In this document: one piece after another, positions 29,925 to 40,222 of the stretch
Layout: the number at the start of each line of letters is the position of its first letter
How positions within the stretch are numbered: position 1 is the first letter of the stretch
Assembly (NCBI GenBank): GCA_964431315.1
Contig: CAYSJH010000006.1
Coordinates: 3,204-67,203 of the forward strand
Source: an uncultured Bacteroides sp.
GTDB lineage: Bacteria; Bacteroidota; Bacteroidia; Bacteroidales; SM23-62
Direction: 5' to 3'
DNA: 64,000 nt
Notes under the pieces: generated by a model
What the model was told of the DNA's origin: nothing
Database searches by the model: none
What the model saw: the letters and a program-made list of their open reading frames with translations, nothing else
Position numbers and translations under genes: made by a program

Positions 29925-30830
29925 CTATTCAATGTAGTTCATCCGGCAGCCACCCGGCTCCACTTCAAGGTGGACTTCACGGCCCAGGACCAGGGTAAGG
30001 TTTGGTACCTGGTGTCCTGCGGGGAAACCGAAGCAGACGGGAAAACCGTAAGGTTCCACCGTATCCCGGATGATCCCGTAAGCATTCTTGCCGAAGGGGA
30101 CCTCGTTGTCGTGCATATCGGTCATTCCCCCGATAATAAGGCCATTCAGGTTTTTAAGCATGCCCGACATGCGCAGGTTGAGCATCATCCGGTCAAGGTG
30201 GTAGAGGTATTCGTCCACGTCCTCAAGAAAGAGAACGGCTCCCCGGGTGGGGATCTGGAAGGATGTTCCGGTCAGGCTGAAAAGGACCGACAGGTTACCT
30301 CCCAGCAGGAGTCCCTGGGCGTTCCCGTTCCGGTTCAGAGGGTGGGGAGGAATCTCATAATCCGTGAATTCCCCTCGCAGCGCCCGGATCAGGCTTGACA
30401 GTCCCGCTTCATCCTTCCCCTCCCCGAGTGTATAGGGCATAGGGCTGTGCAGCACAGCCATGCCGATCTTCATCAGGATCAGGCAGTGCAGGGCCGTTAC
30501 ATCGCTGAAGCCGGCGATCCATTTCGGCCTGCTGGCCAGTGCATTCAGGTCCACCCTGTCCAGCAGCCTGCCCGTACCGTAACCGCCCCTTGCACAGATG
30601 ACGGCTTTTATTTCCGGGTCATCGAGCATCGCCTGAAGATCCGCCAGGCGTTCCCCGTCGCTTCCTGCAAACTGGTGATGCCGGGTTTGAATCCGTCCGG
30701 TGCGCACTTCCCATCCCTGTCCTTCGACCGCACGGATGAAATGGTTCAGGTCCTTCTCTTCAACCCATCGCGCAGGAGCCGTAATTCCGATCCTGTCCCC
30801 TTTACCCAAATATGGAGGCAGCTGCATCAT
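29925..30830 (-). CDS. LD-carboxypeptidase (peptidase S66)
   Basis: 301 aa. [10 protein letters not shown]...[10 protein letters not shown]...GFSDVTAL (Ser nucleophile context)...GHQ. Confidence 0.85.
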   Translation of the reverse strand: MMQLPPYLGKGDRIGITAPARWVEEKDLNHFIRAVEGQGWEVRTGRIQTRHHQFAGSDGERLADLQAMLDDPEIKAVICARGGYGTGRLLDRVDLNALASRPKWIAGFSDVTALHCLILMKIGMAVLHSPMPYTLGEGKDEAGLSSLIRALRGEFTDYEIPPHPLNRNGNAQGLLLGGNLSVLFSLTGTSFQIPTRGAVLFLEDVDEYLYHLDRMMLNLRMSGMLKNLNGLIIGGMTDMHDNEVPFGKNAYGIIRDTVEPYGFPVCFGFPAGHQVPNLTLVLGREVHLEVEPGGCRMNYIE

Positions 30831-30866
30831 TGTTTCAAATTACGCATTTTTTTCGCAAAGGACCAT

Positions 30867-30874
30867 TATCTTTG
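30867..30874 (+). promoter_or_regulatory. -7 box-like motif TATCTTTG immediately upstream of metG
   Basis: Exact TAnnTTTG match ending 6 nt before the metG ATG at 30881. Confidence 0.35.
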
Positions 30875-30880
30875 TCCAAC

Positions 30881-32917
30881 ATGAAAAATTACAAAAGAAA
30901 CCTCATCACGGCTGCACTTCCCTATGCCAACGGTCCCGTGCACATCGGGCACCTGGCAGGGGTCTATGTGCCGGCGGATATCTACTCACGCTACCTCCGA
31001 TTGAAGGGAGAGGACATTGTCTTCATCTGCGGTTCCGATGAACATGGTGTTCCCATCACCATCAAAGCGAGGCAGGAAGGGGTTTCACCACAGGAGATCG
31101 TGGACCGGTACCACAGCATGAACAAGGATTCTTTTGAACGCTTCGGGATACAATTCGACATTTACCACCGTACCAGCAGTCCCACCCACCATAAAACGGC
31201 TTCCGAATTTTTCAGGACCCTTTATGACCGCGGTGATTTCATCGAAAACGAGACGGAGCAGTATTTCGATCCGGAAGCGGGACAGTTCCTTGCGGATCGT
31301 TACATTACCGGTACCTGTCCCAAATGCAGCTACGACAGGGCGTACGGGGACCAGTGCGAACAGTGCGGATCCTCCCTGGCCGCAACGGACCTGATCAATC
31401 CCAGGTCAACCATCAGCGGCAGCAAGCCGGTGCTGAAAAAGACCAGGCACTGGTACCTGCCCCTGGACCGATACGAGGGATTTCTGAAAAGATGGATCCT
31501 GGAGGAGAACAAACACTGGAAACCCAACGTTTACGGGCAGTGCAAGTCGTGGCTTGACGGGGGACTCGAAGCCAGGGCGGTGACGAGGGACCTGGACTGG
31601 GGCATCCCGGTGCCCATCGAAGGCGTTGAAGGCAAGGTCCTTTACGTCTGGTTCGATGCCCCGATCGGTTATATTTCAGCCACCAAGGACCTGACCGACC
31701 GGTGGGAGGACTACTGGAAGCGGCAGGATACCCGTATGATCCATTTCATCGGCAAGGACAACATCGTGTTTCACTGCATCATCTTCCCGGTCATGCTCAA
31801 AGCCGAAGGAAGCTATGTGCTCCCTGAAAATGTGCCGGCCAACGAGTTCCTTAACCTGGAAGGCGATAAGATATCCACCTCGCGGAACTGGGCGGTCTGG
31901 CTGCACGAATACCTGGAGGATTTCCCCGGCAAGCAGGATGTCCTGCGCTATGTGCTCTGCGCCAACGCCCCGGAAGCCAAGGATAATGATTTCACCTGGA
32001 AGGATTTCCAGGCCAGGAACAACAACGAGCTGGTCGCCATCCTGGGCAATTTCGTCAACCGCGCCCTGGTCCTGACCCATAAATATTTCAAGGGGAAAGT
32101 GCCTGCAGCACCGGTCTGCGACGAGTATGACCGGGAGGTGCTCGGCAGCATCGCCGGGTATCGCGAAAGGGTGGAGGACCACCTGGATCACTTCCGCTTC
32201 CGGGAGGCCCTGAAGGAAGCCATGAACCTGGCCCGCCTGGGGAACAAGCATCTGGCCGACACCGAGCCCTGGAACATTTATAAAACGGATCCCGAACGGG
32301 TCGGGAGCATCCTGTATGTTTCCCTGCAGATATGCGCGGGACTTTCAGCCCTCATCGAGCCCTTCCTCCCGTTTACCTCGCGGAAACTTGCCGGATTCCT
32401 CAACGTCGACAGGATTGCCTGGAAGGACATCGGGAAGGAAGAGGGCTTCCTGGCAGGGGAACATGAAATCGCTACACCGGAACTCCTGTTTGAAAAGATC
32501 GAGGATGAAGCAATCCGGATCCAGCTTGATAAACTTGAAAACAGCAAAAAAATAAACCAGATGGAGAAATCCCCAGTACCGGCCGCCAAAGGAGACATCA
32601 GCTACGATGATTTCAGCAGGATGGACATCCGGATAGCCCGCATTCTCTCTGCCGAGAGGGTTCCCAAAACCGACAAGCTCATCCAACTGGAACTGGATAC
32701 CGGTCTCGATAAAAGAACCGTGGTTTCAGGGATAGCCGAACATTTCACCCCTGAGGAGCTTCCCGGCAAACAGGTCACGATCCTGGCCAACCTTCAGCCG
32801 CGCACCATACGCGGGATCGAGTCCCACGGTATGGTCCTTCTTGCAGAAGATGCATCCGGAAAACTGATTTTTGTGACTCCGGACCAGGAGACGGGCGAAG
32901 GTTCCGTGGTCCTTTGA
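30881..32917 (+). CDS. metG: Methionine--tRNA ligase
   Basis: Start at ATG 30881 ([27 protein letters not shown]). Zinc knuckle [25 protein letters not shown] (KMSKS variant). C-terminal tRNA-binding domain. Confidence 0.93.
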   Translation: MKNYKRNLITAALPYANGPVHIGHLAGVYVPADIYSRYLRLKGEDIVFICGSDEHGVPITIKARQEGVSPQEIVDRYHSMNKDSFERFGIQFDIYHRTSSPTHHKTASEFFRTLYDRGDFIENETEQYFDPEAGQFLADRYITGTCPKCSYDRAYGDQCEQCGSSLAATDLINPRSTISGSKPVLKKTRHWYLPLDRYEGFLKRWILEENKHWKPNVYGQCKSWLDGGLEARAVTRDLDWGIPVPIEGVEGKVLYVWFDAPIGYISATKDLTDRWEDYWKRQDTRMIHFIGKDNIVFHCIIFPVMLKAEGSYVLPENVPANEFLNLEGDKISTSRNWAVWLHEYLEDFPGKQDVLRYVLCANAPEAKDNDFTWKDFQARNNNELVAILGNFVNRALVLTHKYFKGKVPAAPVCDEYDREVLGSIAGYRERVEDHLDHFRFREALKEAMNLARLGNKHLADTEPWNIYKTDPERVGSILYVSLQICAGLSALIEPFLPFTSRKLAGFLNVDRIAWKDIGKEEGFLAGEHEIATPELLFEKIEDEAIRIQLDKLENSKKINQMEKSPVPAAKGDISYDDFSRMDIRIARILSAERVPKTDKLIQLELDTGLDKRTVVSGIAEHFTPEELPGKQVTILANLQPRTIRGIESHGMVLLAEDASGKLIFVTPDQETGEGSVVL

Positions 32918-32929
32918 AAGGGAAGGTTT

Positions 32930-33001
32930 TTCAGTTGCTCATTCAGCTGCTCGTTCAGCTGCCCGTTTGGTTCCTCACCGGTTTGTTTATTCAGTTGCTC
33001 A
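32930..33001. repeat. 12-nt periodic repeat TTCAG(T/C)TGC(T/C)C(A/G): three tandem copies plus a fourth in phase
   Basis: Copies at 32930-41, 32942-53, 32954-65 and 32990-33001. The last copy contains the TGA stop of the SPOR-domain gene. On the minus strand every copy carries TGA in that gene's frame. Confidence 0.9.
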
Positions 33002-33905
33002 GGATCCAGGCAGTTTCGAATTCCTGCCTGATCGTGGCAAGATTTCCAACAGCCTCGTCCTGCAGGGAATAGGTGCCCGCCGACACCCTGAAGAATCCCT
33101 GGTCGGAACTCAGGATCCTCGCTGTGTATCCCTCTTGTTCCAGCCTGTTGCGAAGCGACCTGGCATTCCCGAAATCCCTGAAACTGCCGACCACGATGTT
33201 ATATTCGCGCAAAGGCAGCATCGCAGCGGCCGGGAAATGAGTGGTCCTGTCCGGAACCCCGGCGGTCCTGTCCGGAACCCCGGCGGTCCTGTCTTGGGCC
33301 CCTGTGGTTCCCGCATGGATATCCATGCCCGCCCGGTTAAAGTAACCGGTACGTATGGGCACAAGCACTATGGCAGTGAGCAGGCATGCAGCCGCAGTGG
33401 CGTATATCCACCTGCGGATCCTCCGCTGCCGGGCCATGGGATCGGCTTCGGTATGAAGGACCCTGTAGGCTTCGGTTACCGTAAGTTTTTCGAACTCCCG
33501 GTATTGAAGGAAAGGCAATCCATAGGATTCCAGCAGGAAATTGTGCCCGGATTCTTCTGCAAACTGGATCTGTTTTTCGGAGTCAAGGTAAAAGTACCCC
33601 AGGCCTTCGATTTCAAATTTCTTTCCCTGCCGGACGCTGTCCCTGATCCCCTCGACGTAAGTCATGGCCATTTTCTGCACATCTTTATAGCCGTAATCCG
33701 TGGCTGCAGAAACATGGGCGTACAGCAACCCGTCGTTGTGAACCAGGTTGTGGTTGAAAAGGATGTGTTTGGAAGGGGGACTGGCCGTATTTCGCACAGG
33801 ATCAAATACCGCGGGCCTGTAATTGGCGACGAACCCTCCCAGTTCAGGCAGGATCACACAATCGTGCAACAGGAGCAGTTCCTTTATGTTTTTACCGAAA
33901 TCCAC
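32991..33905 (-). CDS. SPOR-domain protein with N-terminal HU-like (HU-CCDC81-type) domains
   Basis: 304 aa. N-terminus ELLLLHDCVILPELGGFVANYRPA... and a second HU-like module. One TM segment. C-terminal SPOR-like YNIVVGSFRDFGNARSLRNRLEQEGY. GTG start. Confidence 0.75.
   Translation of the reverse strand: MDFGKNIKELLLLHDCVILPELGGFVANYRPAVFDPVRNTASPPSKHILFNHNLVHNDGLLYAHVSAATDYGYKDVQKMAMTYVEGIRDSVRQGKKFEIEGLGYFYLDSEKQIQFAEESGHNFLLESYGLPFLQYREFEKLTVTEAYRVLHTEADPMARQRRIRRWIYATAAACLLTAIVLVPIRTGYFNRAGMDIHAGTTGAQDRTAGVPDRTAGVPDRTTHFPAAAMLPLREYNIVVGSFRDFGNARSLRNRLEQEGYTARILSSDQGFFRVSAGTYSLQDEAVGNLATIRQEFETAWILSN
33241..33303 (-). repeat. 21-nt in-frame tandem repeat (about 3 copies) in the SPOR-domain gene linker
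   Basis: G(T/C)GGTCCTGTCCGGAACCCCG occurs twice (33241-33282), followed by a diverged third copy. Encodes (PDRTAGV)x2-PDRTTHF. Confidence 0.9.
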
Positions 33906-33924
33906 GCTCAGCCGTTCAGCTTAA

Positions 33925-33932
33925 CAAATGTA
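33925..33932 (-). promoter_or_regulatory. -7 box-like motif TACATTTG upstream of the SPOR-domain gene
   Basis: Exact TAnnTTTG match on the minus strand, 19 nt upstream of the GTG start at 33905. Confidence 0.4.
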
Positions 33933-34028
33933 GGCAAAATCAGACGAGGATTCTATGGGGAACTGAAATTTTGGTTACTTTTTTTTAGTCAGAGCTGTTT
34001 TATTATCTTCGTACTTCCATAATCCAGG

Positions 34029-35165
34029 ATGCCCATGGAAACCATACGAATGGTTGACCTGAAACTGCAGTACGACCGTTTAAAGACCGAAATGGATGAA
34101 GCCATCCGCAGGACCGTTGAATCGACCGCATTCATCAATGGTCCCGAGGTCCACAAATTTGCCGGGGAGCTCGCGGACTTCCTGGACGTGGAGCACGTCA
34201 TCCCCTGCGGGAATGGTACCGATGCCCTGCAGGTAGCCCTGATGGCACTCAACCTTGAACCGGGCGACGAGGTTATTACCACGCCGTTCTCGTTCATCGC
34301 CAGCATCGAGGTGATCAGGCTGCTGCGCCTGGTGCCGGTGCTGGTGGACGTCGATCCGCTCACCTTCAATCTGGATCCCTCGCGCCTGGAAGCCGCCGTC
34401 TCGAACCGCACCAGGGCCATCATCCCGGTTCACCTTTTCGGTCAGTGCGCGGATATGGAAAGCATCCTGGAAGTCTCGGGCAGGCACGGGCTCAGCGTAA
34501 TAGAAGATACCGCACAGGCTGTTGGTACGGATTTTATCTTTCGTGATTCCAGGCGCATGAAGGCGGGAACCATCGGCACCCTGGGCACCGCATCCTTCTT
34601 CCCCTCCAAAAATCTTGGCTGCTACGGGGACGGGGGAGCGATCCTGACGCGGGACGGGGACCTGCACGAGCGGATCCGGGCCATCGTGAACCACGGGTCG
34701 CGGGTCAAATATTATTACGATGAAGTGGGCGTGAATTCGCGCCTCGATACCCTGCAGGCCGCAATTCTCAGGGTAAAGCTGCGGCATCTCGAAGAATTTA
34801 ATACGGCGCGACGGGAAGCGGCGGCAGCCTATGATCGTCTCCTGGGAAACATACCCGGCCTGAGGATCCCGCATAGGGCATCCTGGTCAACCCATATCTT
34901 CCACCAGTATACCCTTGTACTGGCCGAAGGTGACCGTGACGGGCTTACCGGATACCTTGGGTCAAAGGGAATCCCAGTAATGATCTACTACCCCCTCCCC
35001 CTGCATCTGCAGAAGGCTTACAGGGACCTGAACTACAAGGAAGGGGATTTCCCGGTCACGGAATCCCTCTCCGGGACCGTTTTTTCAATTCCCATGCATA
35101 CGGAGCTGGAAACCGGTCAGATTGAATATATTTGCCATCACATAAGGGAATTCCTCGGAAAATGA
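34029..35165 (+). CDS. wbpE: DegT/WbpE-type aminotransferase (UDP-2-acetamido-2-deoxy-3-oxo-glucuronate aminotransferase-like)
   Basis: 378 aa. [32 protein letters not shown] (PLP-Lys), and [15 protein letters not shown] closely resemble WbpE/WlbC. Gene context is wbpD and wbpB. Confidence 0.8.
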   Translation: MPMETIRMVDLKLQYDRLKTEMDEAIRRTVESTAFINGPEVHKFAGELADFLDVEHVIPCGNGTDALQVALMALNLEPGDEVITTPFSFIASIEVIRLLRLVPVLVDVDPLTFNLDPSRLEAAVSNRTRAIIPVHLFGQCADMESILEVSGRHGLSVIEDTAQAVGTDFIFRDSRRMKAGTIGTLGTASFFPSKNLGCYGDGGAILTRDGDLHERIRAIVNHGSRVKYYYDEVGVNSRLDTLQAAILRVKLRHLEEFNTARREAAAAYDRLLGNIPGLRIPHRASWSTHIFHQYTLVLAEGDRDGLTGYLGSKGIPVMIYYPLPLHLQKAYRDLNYKEGDFPVTESLSGTVFSIPMHTELETGQIEYICHHIREFLGK

Positions 35166-35749
35166 ACGCTATGGGAGAAAAAGAATACTTTGCACATGAG
35201 ACTGCGGTGATCGACCAGGGATGCCGGATCGGGAAGGGATGCCGGATCTGGCACTTTACCCACATCATGACAGGCGCCGTGCTGGGGGAAAACTGTAACC
35301 TGGGACAGAATGTCCTCGTTTCGTCAGGGGTTGTCCTTGGCCGGAACGTCAAGGTACAGAACAATGTTTCCATCTACACTGGAGTGATCTGCGAGGACGA
35401 TGTTTTCCTGGGCCCCTCCATGGTCTTCACGAACATTGTCAATCCGCGGTCCGCCGTGATCCGCAAAGACCATTACGTGACGACACTGGTAAAGAAGGGC
35501 GCCACCATCGGGGCCAATGCCACGATCATCTGCGGCAACACCCTGGGTGAATTCTGCTTCATCGGAGCCGGTGCGGTGGTCACCCGTGATGTCCCCCCCT
35601 ATGCCCTGATCGTCGGGAATCCGGGGAAACAGGTCGGCTGGATGAGCGAATACGGCCACCGGCTGAAGTTTGACGGCAACAACCGGGCCGTCTGTCCCGA
35701 AAGCGGCCAGGAATACCGGTTGATAAACGAAAGCGTTACCAGGATATGA
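35162..35749 (+). CDS. wbpD: Hexapeptide-repeat N-acetyltransferase, WbpD/WlbB-like
   Basis: ATG 35162 overlaps the wbpE stop (ATGA). WHFTHIM...NNVSIYTGV...[14 protein letters not shown]...[15 protein letters not shown]...[11 protein letters not shown] resembles WbpD. Confidence 0.8.
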   Translation: MNAMGEKEYFAHETAVIDQGCRIGKGCRIWHFTHIMTGAVLGENCNLGQNVLVSSGVVLGRNVKVQNNVSIYTGVICEDDVFLGPSMVFTNIVNPRSAVIRKDHYVTTLVKKGATIGANATIICGNTLGEFCFIGAGAVVTRDVPPYALIVGNPGKQVGWMSEYGHRLKFDGNNRAVCPESGQEYRLINESVTRI

Positions 35750-36690
35750 GCTATAACTTCGCGTTGATCGGTGTCGGCGGTTACATTGCCGTCCGGCACC
35801 TGAAGGCCATCAAGGAGACCGGGAACAACCTGGTCGCCGCGCTCGACATTAACGACAGTGTCGGGATCATCGATTCATACTTCCCGGAAGCAGATTTCTT
35901 CGTTGAGTTTGAGCGTTTTGACAGGCATATTGACAAGCTCCGCAGGGAGGGCACACAGGTGGATTTCATCAGCATCTGCTCCCCGAATTACCTGCACGAC
36001 GCCCACATCCGGTTCGCCCTCAGGAGCAGGGCCCATGCCATCTGCGAAAAGCCCCTCGTGCTGAACCCATGGAACTACGACGGGCTTGCGGAGTTTGAGA
36101 AGGAAACCGGGAAAAAAGTTTACAATGTCCTTCAGCTCAGGCTGCATTCCACCATAAAGGCATTGAGGGAAAGGATCCGGAAGGAACCGGGGGACGGGAT
36201 CCACGACATCACCCTGACCTACATCACAAGCCGCGGAAACTGGTACCATTACTCCTGGAAAGGGAACATCCAGAAATCAGGAGGCATCGCCACCAACATC
36301 GGCATTCATTTTTTCGATATGCTGATCTGGATATTCGGGCATGTGAAAAATAATGTGACCCACCTGCTTGAATGCGATAAGGCCTCGGGATACCTGGAAC
36401 TGGAAAAAGCCAGGGTGAAATGGTACCTGAGCGTCGATTTCAACGACCTGCCGGAAGAGGTCAAAAAGAAGGGACAGCGAACTTTCCGCAGCATTACCAT
36501 TGACCGTGAGGAGATAGAATTCAGCGAGGGATTCACTGACCTGCATACCGATACCTACCGGCATATCCTTGACGGCAACGGTTTCAGGCTTGAAGAGTCC
36601 AGGAAATCCATCCAGGTGGTATACGACATCCGTAATTCCAAACCTGCGGGGAGGGACGGGGACTGCCATCCCATGCTAAAAAAAAGATGA
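35746..36690 (+). CDS. wbpB: Gfo/Idh/MocA oxidoreductase, WbpB-like (UDP-GlcNAcA 3-dehydrogenase)
   Basis: 314 aa. [22 protein letters not shown]...SICSPNYLH...[17 protein letters not shown]...[11 protein letters not shown] is near-collinear with WbpB as I recall it. ATGA overlap with wbpD. Confidence 0.85.
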   Translation: MSYNFALIGVGGYIAVRHLKAIKETGNNLVAALDINDSVGIIDSYFPEADFFVEFERFDRHIDKLRREGTQVDFISICSPNYLHDAHIRFALRSRAHAICEKPLVLNPWNYDGLAEFEKETGKKVYNVLQLRLHSTIKALRERIRKEPGDGIHDITLTYITSRGNWYHYSWKGNIQKSGGIATNIGIHFFDMLIWIFGHVKNNVTHLLECDKASGYLELEKARVKWYLSVDFNDLPEEVKKKGQRTFRSITIDREEIEFSEGFTDLHTDTYRHILDGNGFRLEESRKSIQVVYDIRNSKPAGRDGDCHPMLKKR

Positions 36691-36712
36691 TTCACAAAGA
36701 CAGATAATTTAC

Positions 36713-38002
36713 ATGATTAAAGAACTTACAGAAGGAAAGAAAAAGCTCGCCGTGATCGGCCTGGGTTACGTGGGCCTGCCCATAGCCCTGGAACTTGCCA
36801 GGAAAATGACGGTAATCGGTTACGATATCAAGCCGGACCGAATTGAAACGATGAAAAAAGGGAAGGATCCCAGCAACGAATTGGGGGCGGAAGCCTTCAG
36901 GGACTGCAACATCCGCTTCACCGCCAGGGAGGAAGACCTGAAGGAAGCCAGTTTCTACATCATCGCCGTGCCCACGCCGGTCGATGATTACAAGCAACCG
37001 GACCTGGGTCCCCTGCTCAGCGCCTGCGACACCGTGGGGGCCTACCTGAATGAAGGGGATTACGTGGTCTTTGAATCGACCGTTTACCCCGGATGTACGG
37101 AGGAGGATTGCGTGCCGCTGCTGGAACAGGTATCGGGACTGAAGTACATCAAGCAATTCAAGGTGGGCTTCTCGCCGGAAAGGATCAATCCGGGGGATAA
37201 AAAACATTCCCTGAGGACCATCACCAAAGTGACATCCGGCTGTGATGAAGAGTCGGCCGAAGAAATCGCCAGCCTTTACGAACTGATCGTCGATGCAGGG
37301 GTGCACAGGGCAAGTTCAATAAAAGTGGCGGAAGCCGCCAAGATCATCGAGAACACCCAGCGCGACATCAACATTGCCTTCATGAATGAGCTTTCGATGA
37401 TATTCAGTAAGATGGGCATCAATACCTACGATGTGCTGGAGGCGGCAGAGACCAAGTGGAATTTCCTGAAATTCTATCCCGGCCTGGTCGGGGGACACTG
37501 CATCGGCGTAGACCCGTATTACCTGACCTATAAGTCCAGGCTTTTCGGATACCATGCCAAAGTCATCAATTCCGGCAGGGACATCAATGACGGCATGGGG
37601 ACCTGGGTGGCGAACCAGGGAATTAAAAAACTGATATCCATGAAAAAGGACATACAGGAATGCCGCCTCCTGGTCATGGGAGTGACCTTCAAGGAGAACG
37701 TCAGCGACATCCGGAATTCCAAGGTCGCGGACGTCATCCGGGAATTCGAATCCTTCGATGTCCGCGTGGACGTGGTCGATCCCCATGCCGACACCGGGGA
37801 AGTGAAGCATGAATACGGCATAGAATTATCCGGAAAGATTTCCCCCCCATACGACGTCGTCGTCGTGGCGGTCAACCACGATGACTACGTTGGACTGGAT
37901 GAGGAATATTTTGCCTCGATCACCACGGAAAACGCCCTCCTGATGGACATCAAGGGACTGTACCGGGGGAAAATCCGGAAGCTTAAATACTGGAGTCTCT
38001 AA
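36713..38002 (+). CDS. Nucleotide-sugar 6-dehydrogenase (WbpA/UDP-GlcNAc 6-dehydrogenase-like)
   Basis: 429 aa. Rossmann motif VIGLGYVGLPIA and catalytic Cys in LVGGHCIGVDPYYL. The WbpA assignment rests on context, so UDP-ManNAc dehydrogenase is not excluded. Confidence 0.75.
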   Translation: MIKELTEGKKKLAVIGLGYVGLPIALELARKMTVIGYDIKPDRIETMKKGKDPSNELGAEAFRDCNIRFTAREEDLKEASFYIIAVPTPVDDYKQPDLGPLLSACDTVGAYLNEGDYVVFESTVYPGCTEEDCVPLLEQVSGLKYIKQFKVGFSPERINPGDKKHSLRTITKVTSGCDEESAEEIASLYELIVDAGVHRASSIKVAEAAKIIENTQRDINIAFMNELSMIFSKMGINTYDVLEAAETKWNFLKFYPGLVGGHCIGVDPYYLTYKSRLFGYHAKVINSGRDINDGMGTWVANQGIKKLISMKKDIQECRLLVMGVTFKENVSDIRNSKVADVIREFESFDVRVDVVDPHADTGEVKHEYGIELSGKISPPYDVVVVAVNHDDYVGLDEEYFASITTENALLMDIKGLYRGKIRKLKYWSL

Positions 38003-38011
38003 TAAAACTGG

Positions 38012-39043
38012 ATGAAGAAGGAACTGATACTGGTCACGGGAGGCACCGGGTACATCGGCTCACATACCGCCGTAGAGCTCATGGTGGCCGGATACGAGGT
38101 GCTCATCATTGACAACCTGGTCAATTCCCGCATCGAGGTCCTCGACGGGATTGAAAAGATCACCGGGAAACGACCCCTTTTCGAGAAACTCGACCTCTGT
38201 GACCGGCCGGGCGTTGAGGATTGCTTCAGCCGGTATCCGGGGATCCGGGCCATCATTCATTTCGCCGCCTATAAGGCAGTGTCCGAATCGGTTGAAAAAC
38301 CGCTGATGTATTACGAGAACAACCTGCTTTCCCTGATCAACCTTCTTAATGTCATGAAAATACAGGGCATTAAGTATTTCGTATTTTCCTCCTCATGCAC
38401 CGTATACGGGCAGCCCGACAAACTTCCCGTGACGGAAACCTCCCCCATTAAAAAAGCAAACTCCCCTTACGGCAATACAAAGCAGATATCCGAAGAGATC
38501 ATCGGGGATGCCATTGCCGCCGGGGATGCCATAGAGGCGATCTCACTGAGGTATTTCAATCCCATCGGGGCTCATCCTTCGGCACTCATCGGGGAACTTC
38601 CTTCCGGGATCCCCAATAACCTTGTGCCCTTCATTACCCAGACTGCCATCGGGATCCGTGAGGAACTCAGGGTATTCGGTAATGATTACAACACCCCCGA
38701 CGGATCGGCCATCCGGGATTACATCAACGTGGTGGACCTGTCCCGCGCCCACGTCGTATCGATCGACCGCCTGCTTGGCAGCAGGAACGAAGGGAAAATG
38801 GAGATCTTTAATCTGGGGACCGGAAAGGGATTGTCCGTCTTCGAGATCATCCGAGCGTTTGAAAAGGCCACGGGAGTAAAACTAAGGTACAGGGTTGTGG
38901 GCCGGAGAGAGGGGGATGTCGAACAGGTCTGGGCCGATACCAGCCTGGCCAACAGGGTGCTGGGATGGAAAGCCGGAACATCCCTGGAAGATACCCTGAG
39001 GTCCGCCTGGAAATGGGAACAGCATTTAAGGAAGCTTCTATGA
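38012..39043 (+). CDS. galE: UDP-glucose 4-epimerase
   Basis: 343 aa. VTGGTGYIGSH, SSSCTVYG, and SPYGNTK (YxxxK). Confidence 0.88.
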   Translation: MKKELILVTGGTGYIGSHTAVELMVAGYEVLIIDNLVNSRIEVLDGIEKITGKRPLFEKLDLCDRPGVEDCFSRYPGIRAIIHFAAYKAVSESVEKPLMYYENNLLSLINLLNVMKIQGIKYFVFSSSCTVYGQPDKLPVTETSPIKKANSPYGNTKQISEEIIGDAIAAGDAIEAISLRYFNPIGAHPSALIGELPSGIPNNLVPFITQTAIGIREELRVFGNDYNTPDGSAIRDYINVVDLSRAHVVSIDRLLGSRNEGKMEIFNLGTGKGLSVFEIIRAFEKATGVKLRYRVVGRREGDVEQVWADTSLANRVLGWKAGTSLEDTLRSAWKWEQHLRKLL

Positions 39044-40095
39044 ATAAGACGATCATCATAACCGGGGGGGCCGGATTCATCGGTTCGCACGTGGTGCGGT
39101 TCTTTGTAAGCAAATACCCCGCCTACCGGATCGTGAACCTGGATGCCCTGACCTATGCAGGCAACCTGGAAAACCTGCAGGATCTCGAGAACAGGCCTAA
39201 TTATGAATTCATCCGGGGAGACATAACCGATGCACAGTTCATCGACGGAATCTTTGCCGAACACCTGCCGGATGCAGTCATCCACCTTGCGGCAGAATCA
39301 CACGTTGACCGTTCCATCATGGACCCGCTGGCCTTTATCCGGACCAACATAAACGGTACGGTCAACCTGCTGAATGCCTGCCGCAGCATCTGGAAGGACG
39401 GGATGAAGGGAAAATTGTTTTACCACATTTCCACGGACGAGGTCTACGGCACCCTGGGCAGCGAGGGTTATTTCACGGAGGCCACCGCATACGATCCCCG
39501 CAGTCCCTATTCCGCCTCCAAGGCAAGTTCTGACCACCTTGTCAGGGCCTATCACCACACCTACGGATTACCGGCCGTGCTCTCGAATTGCTCCAATAAT
39601 TACGGTCCCAACCAGTTCCCCGAAAAGCTCATCCCCCTTGCCATAAACAACATTAAAAACAGCCTGCCGGTACCCATATACGGGAAAGGGGAGAATGTGA
39701 GGGACTGGCTGTTCGTGGGCGATCATGCGGAAGCCATCGATTGCGTGTTTCACCGGGGCAGGAACGGGGAAACCTACAACATCGGCGGGAACAACGAATG
39801 GAAAAATTTCGACCTGATCAAACTGCTCTGCGAGATCATGGACGACAGGCTCAGGCGCAATCGCGGTACATCCGCGGGACTGATTCAGTTCGTGAAAGAC
39901 AGGGCCGGCCACGACCTCCGCTATGCCATAGACGCCGGAAAGATCTCCCGGGAGCTGGGATGGGAACCTAAAGTCACTTTCAGGGAGGGACTGGAAAGAA
40001 CGGTGGACTGGTACCTGTCGAACCAGGCCTGGCTCGACCACGTGCTTTCAGGTGACTACGCCAGCTACTACGACCGGCAATACAAGCAGCGCTGA
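39040..40095 (+). CDS. rfbB: dTDP-glucose 4,6-dehydratase
   Basis: ATG 39040 overlaps the galE stop (ATGA). MNKTIIITGGAGFIGSH, HISTDEVYG, and YSASKASSDH. Confidence 0.9.
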   Translation: MNKTIIITGGAGFIGSHVVRFFVSKYPAYRIVNLDALTYAGNLENLQDLENRPNYEFIRGDITDAQFIDGIFAEHLPDAVIHLAAESHVDRSIMDPLAFIRTNINGTVNLLNACRSIWKDGMKGKLFYHISTDEVYGTLGSEGYFTEATAYDPRSPYSASKASSDHLVRAYHHTYGLPAVLSNCSNNYGPNQFPEKLIPLAINNIKNSLPVPIYGKGENVRDWLFVGDHAEAIDCVFHRGRNGETYNIGGNNEWKNFDLIKLLCEIMDDRLRRNRGTSAGLIQFVKDRAGHDLRYAIDAGKISRELGWEPKVTFREGLERTVDWYLSNQAWLDHVLSGDYASYYDRQYKQR

Positions 40096-40136
40096 TCCGC
40101 CGAATCCTGCCCTCTTGTGTCGAGGAATCATATCCC

Positions 40137-40217
40137 GGCCGAAGGCATTGCTGGATGACGAGCCTTATTTTGCGTTACCGCGCAAAATGCAGCAAGGAAT
40201 CAGCAATGCCTGAGGCC
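40137..40217. repeat. Palindromic structured intergenic element, copy 2 (GAAGGCATT...AATGCCT termini)
   Basis: AGGCATTGCTG (40143-40153) pairs with CAGCAATGCCT (40201-40211), flanked by GGCC/GGCC. Inner hairpin ATTTTGCG (40167-74) / CGCAAAAT (40181-88). Lies between convergent rfbB and glmS. Confidence 0.8.
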
Positions 40218-40222
40218 CGAGG

